Below, in pieces: positions 12,969-23,080 of a DNA stretch of 64,000 nucleotides (position 1 is the stretch's first letter; each line of letters starts with the position of its first letter). A program made the translations under genes and the position numbers. Location of the stretch: assembly GCF_963921235.1 (NCBI RefSeq), contig NC_086097.1, positions 28,398,001-28,462,000 of the forward strand, given 5' to 3'. Source of the stretch: Mobula hypostoma. Lineage: Eukaryota. The notes beneath the pieces were generated by a model that was not told where the DNA came from, did not search any database, and worked only from the letters and a program-made list of their open reading frames with translations.

Positions 12969-13004
12969 AGTCGACGTTTCAGGCCGAGACCCTTCGTCAG
13001 GACT
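12969..13004 (-). ncRNA. Minimal type I hammerhead ribozyme (Penelope-associated), intact core
   Basis: Minus strand reads AGTC-CTGACGA-AGG GTCTCGG CCT-GAAA-CGTC^GACT: conserved CUGAYGA and GAAA boxes, stem II, stem I AGTC/GACT, GUC cleavage triplet, palindromic ACGT in place of stem III. Confidence 0.85.
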
Positions 13005-13297
13005 AACTGAAGGAAGAGTGAGTAAGGGATTTGAAAGTTGGAGGGGGAGGGGGAGATCCAAAATGATAGGAGAAGACAGGAGGGGGAGGGATAGAGCCAA
13101 GAGCTGAACCGGTGATAGGCAAAAGGGGATACGAGAGGATCATGGGACAGGAGGTCCGGGAAAAAAGACAAGTGGGGGGGGACCCAGAGGATGGGCAAGA
13201 GGTATATTCAGAGGGACAGAGGGAGAAAAAGGAGAGTGAGAGAAAGAATGTGTGCATAAAAATAAGTAACAGATGGGGTACGAGGGGGAGGTGGGGC

Positions 13298-13624
13298 CTA
13301 GCGGAAGTTAGAGAAGTCGATGTTCATGCCATCAGGTTGGAGGCTACCCAGACGGAATATAAGGTGTTGTTCCTCCAACCTGAGTGTGGCTTCATCTTTA
13401 CAGTAGAGGAGGCCGTGGATAGACATGTCAGAATGGGAATGGGATGTGGAATTAAAATGTGTGGCCACTGGGAGATCCTGCTTTCTCTGGCGGACAGAGC
13501 GTAGATGTTCAGCAAAGCGGTCTCCCAGTCTGCGTCGGGTCTCGCCAATATATAAAAGGCCACATCGGGAGCACCGGACGCAGTATATCACCCCAGTCGA
13601 CTCACAGGTGAAGTGTTGCCTCAC
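13298..13624 (-). CDS. Penelope GIY-YIG endonuclease domain (C-terminal part of a 5'-truncated ORF)
   Basis: VIY...CxxC...YIG, R..EH and GMN motifs lie in one open frame. Confidence 0.85.
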   Translation of the reverse strand: MRQHFTCESTGVIYCVRCSRCGLLYIGETRRRLGDRFAEHLRSVRQRKQDLPVATHFNSTSHSHSDMSIHGLLYCKDEATLRLEEQHLIFRLGSLQPDGMNIDFSNFR

Positions 13625-14904
13625 CTGGAAGGACTGTTTGGGGCCCTGAATGGTGGTAAGGGAGGAAGTGTAAGGGCATGTGTAGCACTTGTTCCGCTTA
13701 CACGGATAAGTGCCAGGAGGGAGATCAGTGGGGAGGGATGGGGGGGACGAATGGACAAGGGAGTTGTGTAGGGAGTCTCTGTGAGTGGAAGTTAGGAACA
13801 GGAAGAAGTCAATAACTCTACTGGGTGCTTTCTATAGACCACCGAATAGTAACAGGGACATCGAGGTGCACATAGGGGGACAGAGTCTGGAAAGGTGTAA
13901 TAATAACAGGGTTGTTGCGGTGGGAAATTTTAATTTCCCAAATATTGATTGGCATCTCCCTAGAGCAAGGAGTTTAGATGGGGTGGAGTTTGTTAGGTGT
14001 GTTCAGGAAGGTTTCTTGACACAATGTGTAGATAAGCATACAAGAGAAGAGGCTGTACTTGATCTGGTCAGGTGTCAGGTCTCTCAGTGGGAGAGCATTT
14101 TGGAGACAGGGATCACAACTCTATCTCCTTTACCATAGCATTGGAGAGGGATAGGAACAGGCGAGTTAGGAAAGCGTTTAATTGGAGTAAAGGGAAATAT
14201 GAAGCTATCAGGCAGGAACTTGAAAGTATAAATTGGGAACAGATATTCTCAGAGAAATGTACGGCAGAAATGTGGCAAATGTTCAGGGGATATTTGTGTG
14301 GTGTTCTGCATAGGTACATTCCAATAAGATAGGGAAAGGATGGTGGGGTACAGGAACCATGGTGTTCAAAGGCTGTTGAAAACCTAGTCAAGAAGAAAAG
14401 AAAAACTCACGAAAGGTTCAAAAAACTAGGTAATGATAGAGATCTAGAAGATTATAAGGCTAGTGGGAAGGAGCTTAAGAATGAAATTAGGAGAGCCAGA
14501 AGGCTCCATGAGAAGGCCTTGGCGAGCAGGATTAAAGAAAACTCCGAGACATTCTACAAGTATGTGAAGAGCAAGAGGATAAGACGTGAGCAAATAGGAG
14601 CAATCAAGTGTGACAGTGGAAAAGTGTATATGGAACCGGAGGAGATAGCTGAGGTACTTAAATGAATACTTTGCTTCAGTATTCACTACGGAAAAGGATC
14701 TCAGCAATTGTAGGGATGACTTATAGCAGATTGAAAAGCTTGAGCACATAGAAATTAAGAAAGAGGACGTGCTGGAGCTTTTGGAAAGCATCAAGTTGGA
14801 TAGGTCTCCGGGACCAGACGAGATGTACCCCAGGCTACTGTGGGAGGCAAGGGAGGAGATTGCTGAGCCTCTGGCAATCATCTTTGCATCATCAACAGGA
14901 GAGG

Positions 14905-17865
14905 AGATAGAACCAAAGAACCATAGAAACTACAGCACAGAAACAGGCCCTTTGGCCCTTCTTGGCTGTGCCGAACCATTTTCTGCCTAGTCCCACTGAC
15001 CTGCACACGGAGCATATCACTCCATACACCTCCCATCCATGTATCTGTCCAATTTATTCTTAAATGTTAAAAAAGAACCCGCATTTACCACCTCGTCTGG
15101 CAGCTCATTCCATACTCCCACCACTCTCTGTGTGAAGAAGCCCCCGCAACGTTCCCTTTAAACTTTTCCCCCCTCACCCTTAACCCATGTCCTCTGGTTT
15201 TTTTCTCCCCTTGCCTCAGTGGAAAAAGCCTGCTTGCATTCACTCTATCTATACCCATCATAATTTTATATACCTCTATCAAATCTCCCCTCATTCTTCT
15301 ATGTAGGCTCCAGGGAATAAAGTCCTAACCTATTCAACCTTTCTCTGTAACTGAGTTTCTCAAGTCCTGGCAACATCCTTGTAAACCTTGTCTGCACTCT
15401 TTCAACCTTATTTTTATCCTTCCTGTAATTTGGTGATCAAAACTGAACACAATACTCCAGATTCGGCCTCACCAATGCCTTATACAACCTCATCATAACA
15501 TTCCAGCTCTTATACTCAATACTTTGATTCATAAAGGCCAATGTACCAAAAGCTCTCTTTACGACCCTATCTACCTGTGACGCCACTTTTAGAGAATTTT
15601 GTATCTGTATTCCCAGATCCCTCTGTTCCACTGCACTCCTCAGTGCCTTACCATTAACCCTGTATGTTCTACGTTGGTTTGTCCTTCCAACGTGCAATAC
15701 CTCACACTTGTCAGTATTAAACTCCATCTGCCATTTTTCAGCCTATTTTTCCAGCTGGTCCAAGTCCTCCTGCAGGCTCTGAAAACCTTCCTCACTGTCT
15801 ACTACACCTCCAATCTTTGTATCATCAGCAAACTTGCTGATCCAATTTACCACATTATCATCCAGATCGTTGATGTAGATGACAAATATCAATGGACCCA
15901 GCACTGATCCCTGTGGTACACCACTAGTCACAGGCCTCCACTCAGAGAAGCAATTCTCTACCACCACTCTCTGGCTTCTTCCATCGAGCCAATGTCTAAT
16001 CCAATTTACCACCTCTCCATGTATACCTAGCGACTGAATTTTCCTAACTAACCTCCCATGCGGGACCTTGTCAAAGGCCTTACTGAAGTCCATGTAGACA
16101 ATATCCACTGCATTCCCTTCATCCACTTTCCTGGTAACCTCCTCGAAAAACTCCAACAGATTGGTCAAACATGACCTACCACGCACAAAGCCATGTTGAC
16201 TCTCCCTAATAAGCCCCTGTCTATCCAAATGCTTGTAGATTCTGTCTCTTAGTACTCCCTCCAATAACTTACCTACTATTGACATTAAACTCACCGGCCT
16301 ATAATTTCCCGGATTACTTTTCGATCCTTTTTTAAACAACGGAACAACATGAGCCACTCTCCAATCCTCCGGCACTTCACCCGTAGACAGCGACATTTTA
16401 AATATTTCTGCCAGGGCCCCCACAATTTCAACACTAGTCTCCTTCAAGGTCCGAGGGAACACTCTGTCAGGTCCCGGGGATTTATCCACTTTAATTTTCC
16501 TCAAGACAGCAAGCACCTCCTCCTTTTCAATCTGTACAGTTTCCATGGTCTCACTACTTGATTCCCTCAATTCCATGGATTTCATGCCAGCTTCCTTAGT
16601 AAATACAGATGCAAAAAACCTATTTAAGGTCTCCCCCATTTCCTTTGGTTCCGCACAAAGCCGACCACTCTGATCTTCAAGAGGACCAATTTTATCCCTT
16701 ACAATCCTTTTGCTCTTAATATACTTGTAAAAGCTCTTTGGATTATCCTTCACTTTGACTGCCAAGGCAACCTCATGTCTTCTTTTAGCCCTCCTGATTT
16801 CTTTCTTAAGTATTTTCTTGCACTTCTTATACTCCTCAAGCACCTGATTTACCCCCTGTTTCCTATACATTTCATACAACTCCCTCTTCTTCTTTATCAG
16901 AGTTGCAATATCCCTTGAGAACCAAGGTCCTTATTCCTATTCAATTTGCCTTTAATCCTGACAGGAACATACAAACTCTGCACTCTCAAAATTTCCCCTT
17001 TGAAGGCTTCCCACCTACCAATCACATCTTTGCCAGAGAACAACCTGTCCCAATCCACGCTTTTTAGATCCTTTCTCATTTCTTCAAATTTGGCCTTCTT
17101 CCAGTTCAGAACCTCAGCCCTAGGACCAGATCTATCCTTGTCCATGATCAAATTGAAACTAATGGTGTTATGATCACTGGAACCAAAGTGCTCCCCTACA
17201 CAGACTTCTGTCACTTGCCCTAATTCGTTACCTAACAGGAGATCCAATATTGCATCCCCTCCAGTTGGTCCCTCTATATATTGATTTAGAAAACTTTCTG
17301 AACACATTTTACAGACTCTAAACCATCTAGACCCCTAACAGTATGGGAGTCCCAATCAATGTCTGGAAAATTAAAATCCCCTACCACCACAACTTTATGT
17401 TTCCTGCAGTTGCCTGCTATCTCTCTGCAGATTTGCTCTTCCAAGTCTCGTTGACTATTGGGTGGTCTGTAATACAATCCCACTAATGTGGCCATACCTT
17501 TCCTGTTTCTCAGCTCCACCCATAAGGACTCAGTAGATAAGCCCTCTAATCTGTCCTGCCTGAGCACTGCTGTAATATTTTCCCTAACAAGCAATGCTAC
17601 TCCCCCAACTTTAATTCCTCTGCCTCGATCACATCTGAAACATCGGAACCCTGGAATATTAAGTTGCCAGTCCTGCCCCTCCTGTAGCCAAGTTTCACTA
17701 ATTGCTACAACATCATAATTCCACGTGTCAATCCACGCCCTCAACTCATCCGCCTTCCCCGCAATACTCCTAGCATTGAAATATATACACCTCAGAAGAT
17801 TTTTACCACCACTCACAACCTTTCTATCAGCAGATTTGCTTAAACTTTCAACATCATTTATTTTC
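14905..17865 (-). mobile_element. Young CR1 LINE with near-complete ORF2 (EN+RT), lacking ORF1
   Basis: ORFs 17286-17876, 16897-17307, 15743-16879, 15437-15727 and 15085-15294 tile EN (YFNARSI, ISETWL, GDFNFPDIDW, SSDHN) and RT (YMDFSKAFD, GVPQGSVLGP, SKFADD) with few lesions; tail reads agaaccatagaaactacagcac on the + strand. Confidence 0.95.
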
Positions 17866-17867
17866 AC

Positions 17868-18570
17868 AGCGGCCACTCTGGTGGTGATGTCTGTTACTTG
17901 TCAAGTTGAGTGCCGTGCACAATCCTGAATTGATGGAGACGGACGTGAGAGCATGGAGGAACATTTGGTGAAACTTCTGAAATGCCTGCTTCGCTGCTGC
18001 TGCTACTGTGTGATCCAGAATCTCCAGAGGGGAAGGCCCCGAGTCCTCGGCTTTGCTTGTTGCTCGGCGGCCAGGATGGGGTCGAAGCGCTCAGCAGAGA
18101 TGGTGCTCGGAGAGGCTGCGTTGGAGGCTCGAAGTTTTCGGACAGACTCAGAGTCCGCTGGGGTCGAGTGCTTCCAATGGTGCCGCATCGGCAAGTTTGC
18201 GGCGCTTGGAGGTTCATGGCAGGGAGAGTTTCTCCCTTCTACCGTCTGCGTGAGATGATGAGGCTATCGGAACTTTGAGACTTTTGCCACCTGTTATCGG
18301 GTTCTCGGGAGTCGATCGACTCGGAACTTTGAGACTTTTTTTTTACCGTGCCCATGGTCTGCTCTTTATCAAATTATGGTATTGCTTTGCACTGTTGTAA
18401 CTATATGTTATAATTATGTGGTTTTGTCAGTGTTAGTCTTGGTTTGTCCTGCGTTCCTTGTGATATCATTCTGGAGGAACATTGTATCATTTTTTAATGC
18501 ATGCATTTCTAAATGACAATCAACGAGGACTGAGTGTCCTCATAACCTAATCTAATCTAATAATCTAATC
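17868..18570 (+). mobile_element. ~700-bp non-coding retroposon with (TAATC)n tail, family copy 1 (probably full length)
   Basis: Homologous to 18572-18900, 22570-23080(-) and 42390-42480; ends gaggac-tgagt-gtcctc hairpin then taatctaatctaa. Confidence 0.75.
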
Positions 18571-18571
18571 T

Positions 18572-18900
18572 GAAGTTTTCGGACGACTCAGGGTCGGACT
18601 GTGGTCGGGCATGACAGGGAGAATTTTCTTCCTTCTACTGTCTGCGTGAGATGTGGGACTTTAGAGAGACTTTGAACTTTTTTACTGTGCCATGGCCTGT
18701 TCTTCATCAAGTTATGGTATTGTTGCACTGTTGTAACTATATGTTATAATTATGTGTTTTTTTTTATTTTTTTAGTCTTGGTCTGTCCTGTGTTTCTGTG
18801 ATATCACACCGGAGGAATATTGTATCATTTCTTAATGCATGCATTACTAAATGACAATAAAAGAGGACTGCATGTCCTCATAATCTATTCTAATCTAATC
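18572..18900 (+). mobile_element. (TAATC)n-tail retroposon, 5'-truncated copy 2, tandem after copy 1
   Basis: Starts at gaagttttcggac (internal in copy 1); ends gaggactgcatgtcctc-ataatctattctaatctaatc. Confidence 0.75.
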
Positions 18901-20679
18901 AAATCAATGGAGATGGCGGAGGTTCCAGAGGATTGGAGGGTTGCAGATGTTGTTCCCTAATTCAAGAAAGGGAGTAGAGATAGCCCAGGAAATTATAGAC
19001 CTGTGAGCCTTACTTCAATGGTTGGTAAGTTGATGGAAAAGATCCTGAGAGGCAGGATTTATGAACATTTGGAGAGGCATAATATGATTAGGAATAGTTA
19101 GCATGGCTTTGTCAAAGGCAGGTCATACCTTACGAGCCTGATTGAATTTTTTGAGGATGTGACTAAACACATTGATGAAGGAAGAGCAGTAGATGTAGTG
19201 TATATGGATTTCAGCAAGGCATTTGATAAGGTACCCCATGCAAGGCTTATTGAGAAAGTAAGGAAGCATGGGATCCAAGGAGACCTTGCTTTGTGGATCT
19301 AGAATTGGCTTGCCCACAGAAGGCAAAGAGTGGTTGTAGACAGGTCATATTCTGCATGGAGATCGGTGACTAGTGGTGTGTCTCAGGGATCTGTTCTGGG
19401 ATCTCTACTCTTTGTGATTTTTATAAATGACCTGGATGAGAAAGTGGAAGGAAGAGTTAGTAAATATGCTGGTGACACAAAGGTTGGGGTTGTTGTGGAT
19501 AGTGTGGAGGGCTGTCAGAGGTTACAACGGGACATCGATAGGATGCAAAACAGTGCTGAGAAGTGGCAGATGGAGTTCGACCCAGATAAGTGTGAGGTGG
19601 TTCATTTTGATAGGTCAGCTATGTTGGCAGAATACAGTATTAATGGTAAGACTCTTGGCAGTGTGGAGGATCAGAGGGATCTTGGAGTCCGAGTCCACAG
19701 GACACGCAAAGTCGCTGTGCAGGTTGACTGTGTGGTTAAGAAGGCATACGGTGCATTGGCCTTCATCAACCGTGGGATTGAGTTTAAGAGCTGAGAGGTA
19801 ATGTTATAGCTATATAGGACCCTGGTCAGACCCCACTTGGAGTACTGTGCTCAGTTCTGGTCACCTCACTACAGGAAGGATATGGAAACTATGGAAAGGG
19901 TGCAGAGGAGATTTACAAGGATGTTGCCTGGATTGGGGAGCATGCCTTATGAGAATAGGTTGAGTGAACTCAGCCTTTTCTCCTTGGAGCGACGGAGGAT
20001 GAGAGGTGACTTGATAGAGGTGTATAAGATGATGAGAGACATTGATCGTGTGGGTAGTCAGAGGCTTTATCCCAGGGCTGAAATGGCTATCACGAGAGGG
20101 CATAGTTTTAGGGTGCTTGGAAGCAGGTACAGAGGAGATGTCAGGGGTAAGTTTTTTACTCAGAGTGGTGAGTGCGTGGAATGGGCTGCCGGCAATGGTG
20201 GTGGAGGCGGATACGATAGGGTCTTTTAAGAGACTGCTGGATAGCTACACAGAGCTTAGTAAAATAGAAGGCTATGTGTAACCCCAGGTAGTTTCTAAAA
20301 TAAGTACATGTTTGGCACGGCATGGTGGGCCGAAGGGCCTGTATTGTGCTGTAGATTTTCTATGTGAACTGTGATGTCACCACAGCAATTCAGTTCTGTC
20401 TAGAAAATAGTCGCTAGGGTTAAGGGACGTTGAAGTTGTTAGGTAATTGTAAATTCCCCATCAGACGGGCAGCTCCTAGATGAAGGGCCCCCACAAGGCA
20501 CGCAGCTAGACCAGCTACACCTTCACTTTCCTAGTTCGTGACTGAGACGTGAACAATAGCTTCCTCCTCCATCTCCCTCAGAATTAAACTTATAAAACCA
20601 GTGCACCTTCTTCGATCTACTTGGATCATCTGTCTCACGGCCAACTACCTCAAAACAGCAATGTCCAGGAGTAGAGGTC

Positions 20680-22460
20680 TACAGAAAGCGGTGGGTACAG
20701 ACCAGAGCATCACAGGCAAAGCCCTCCCCACTTTTACAAGGAGCACTGCCACAGAAAAACAGCGTCCATCATCAAGAATCCCCACCAACCAGGCCACATT
20801 CTCTTCTCGCTGCTGCCATCAGGTCCCACATTATCAGGCAGACTTGATAGGTTCTTGACTGGTAAAGGGGTTAAGGATTATGGTGGTAGAATGGGGTTGA
20901 AAAGAACAATCAGCTAATATTGAGTAGGAAGGCAGTCTCAATGGGCCAAATGTCTTATGCTTTTATGTCTCATGGTCTTATGGTAATTGGACTGAAACAA
21001 AACACAAGCAAGAGTTAACTAGACTGCCCTTCAGGTATGCATTGCCCATCAGTGAGATCAGATCAGAATCAGAGTCAAGGTTATTATCGTTGACATACGT
21101 CATGAGATCAGCCAAGATCTCTCCTCCAACTCTACTTCCTATCAGTTCCCCATCAGCCTCTCTGCTCCCAGGGTCAGGGAATCTCTCTGTTTCAGCATTG
21201 AATTAATTTGATGACTCCAACACTCTTCAGGGTAGAAATTTCCAAAGACTTTTGACTCACTATAAGGAAAAGAATTAGTCTTCATTCTCTCCTTGTCAGG
21301 AATTCCCAACCTGGGGGTCCATGGATGCTCGTTAATGGCGTAAGAAAGTTCGGGAACCCCTGACTGTAATGAAACCATGAGGTAATGTCTCAGAATCGGT
21401 GAGATGTCTCCATTAGTGGATTCATCCTGTTAGTACCTAGTCCAGAACCTTGTAGTTTTACTAAGGTCAGTCATAGAGTTGTACAGCACAGAAACAGGCC
21501 CTTCAGCCACTGTGGTGACCATTCTACTTATCTATACTAGCCTTGAGTCCTAAGTTTCCTAAAGTGGGAGAGTGTAGGACCAGAGGGCACAGCCTCAGAA
21601 TACAAGGATGTCCCTTTAGAACAGGAAACTTTTTAGCCAATGGATGGTGAATTGATGGAATTCATTGCCATAGGTTCTGCTCCTGCATCCTATGGTCTGA
21701 TCAGGAGAGGTGGGGCAAGCTGGAACTGTTTTCTCTGAAGCAGAGGGGACTGAGGGGTGACCTTATGGAGGTTTATAAAATCATGAATGGCACAGCGAGA
21801 ATAGATAGTTATCATCATCTTCTCAGGGCAGGGGAGTCTACAGTTAAATGGCGTTGGTTTAAGGTGGAAAGGGAATGATTTAAACAGGTCCTGAGTGAAG
21901 AGCTTGGATCAAGCTGAAAGTGGAAATCATACAGGTGGGTACAATTACAATGTTTAGACCGTAAGATACGGGAGCAGAATTAGGCCATTTGGCCAATGGA
22001 GTCTGCTCCGCCATTTCATCATGGCTGATCCAATTTTCCTCTCAGCCCCGATCTCCTGCCTTCTCCCCGTATCCCTCCATGCCCTACCCAATCAGGGATC
22101 AATCAACATCTTCCTTAAATATACGTAAAGGCTTGGCCTCCATGGCACAACATCAACCATCAAGCCCACGCTTTCCAATTACACCCACATGACCAATTAA
22201 CCTGCTAACCCACGTCTTTGAACTTTCTTTCTTCAGCATCTTCTCACGACAGAGAACTTACTGTATGAAGCCATGAAGTATCCGAACAGGATGCTTTCCA
22301 TGTTGCATCGATAACAATTGGTGTGGGTCGAAAGCGACAAGCTAAGTCTACGTTATCTCCTGGCCTGGTCCCTCAGCATGGCATCAGATACTCTAATGAA
22401 TTTCTACAGATTGAAGTATCTTGACTGCATCGTGGTCTGGTACGGCAACTCATGCTCATT
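20680..22460. mobile_element. Mosaic of old Rex1, CR1 and SINE fragments
   Basis: Rex1 'ccatcatcaagaatccccaccaaccaggcc'; CR1 'gagggcacagcctcagaata' and tails 'ggagcagaattaggccatt'. Confidence 0.6.
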
Positions 22461-22569
22461 ATAGGATCTTGGTCCAAAATACCGACCATGACTCTGCCTC
22501 CACAGTTGCTTTGTGACCCACTGAGCAGTTTGTTTTTGTTTTGCTGTAAATGCAGGTTATTGTGGTGTG

Positions 22570-23080
22570 ATATCACAGAAACACAGGACAAACCAAGACT
22601 GAAAAACTGACAAAAAAAACCACATAATTATAACATATAGTTACAACAGTGCAAGCAATACTGTAACTTGATGAAGAACAGGCCATGGGCACGGTAAAAC
22701 AGTTCAAAGTCTCGCGAAAGTCCCACATCTCACACAGACGGGAGAAGGAAGAAAACTCTCCCTGCCATGCCCAACCACAGTCCGACTCTGAGTCGTCCGA
22801 AAACTTCGAGCCTCCGACCAGCCCTCCGACACCGAGCACCGAGCACCATCTCTGCTGAGCGCTTTGACCCCAGCCCTGGCCGCCAGCAGCAGGCAAAGCT
22901 GAGGATTTGGGGCCTTCCCTCTGTAGATTCTCAATCGCACAGTAGCAGCGGCAGTGAAATGGGCATTTCAGAAATTTCTCCAGATGTTCCTCCGTGCTTC
23001 TCACGGCTGTCTCCATCAAATCAGAATTGTGCACGGTACCCTATTTAACAAATACAATATCATTTCACCGGAGAGGCTGC
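22570..23080 (-). mobile_element. (TAATC)n-tail retroposon family, inverted copy missing its 3' end
   Basis: Reverse complement aligns with 17868-18470 and 18572-18810, starting at the same 5' position (gcagcctctccggtg vs gcggccactctggtg). Confidence 0.8.

Larger units (their letters stand above)
12907..13775 (-). mobile_element. Penelope-like element 3' part (GIY-YIG endonuclease plus 3' UTR with hammerhead)
   Basis: ORF 13298-13624(-) FTCESTGVIYCVRCSRCGLLYIGETRRRLGDRFAEH...PVATHFN...EQHLIFRLGSLQPDGMN, a Penelope GIY-YIG domain; pyrimidine-rich UTR on the - strand. Confidence 0.93.
12505..20365 (+). mobile_element. CR1 LINE (ORF1 esterase C-terminus plus ORF2) split by nested insertions; pieces 12505-12905, 13775-14900 and 18902-20365
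   Basis: ORF1 SKVVISGLLPVPR...FRFLDHWDLFWGRCDLYKKDRLHLN; EN FYRPPNS, GNFNFPNIDW; SPGPDEMYPRLL; RT YMDFSKAFDKVPH, GVSQGSVLG, SKYAGD; LEYCAQFWSPH; 3' tail gggccgaagggcctgtattgtgctgtag. Confidence 0.9.
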
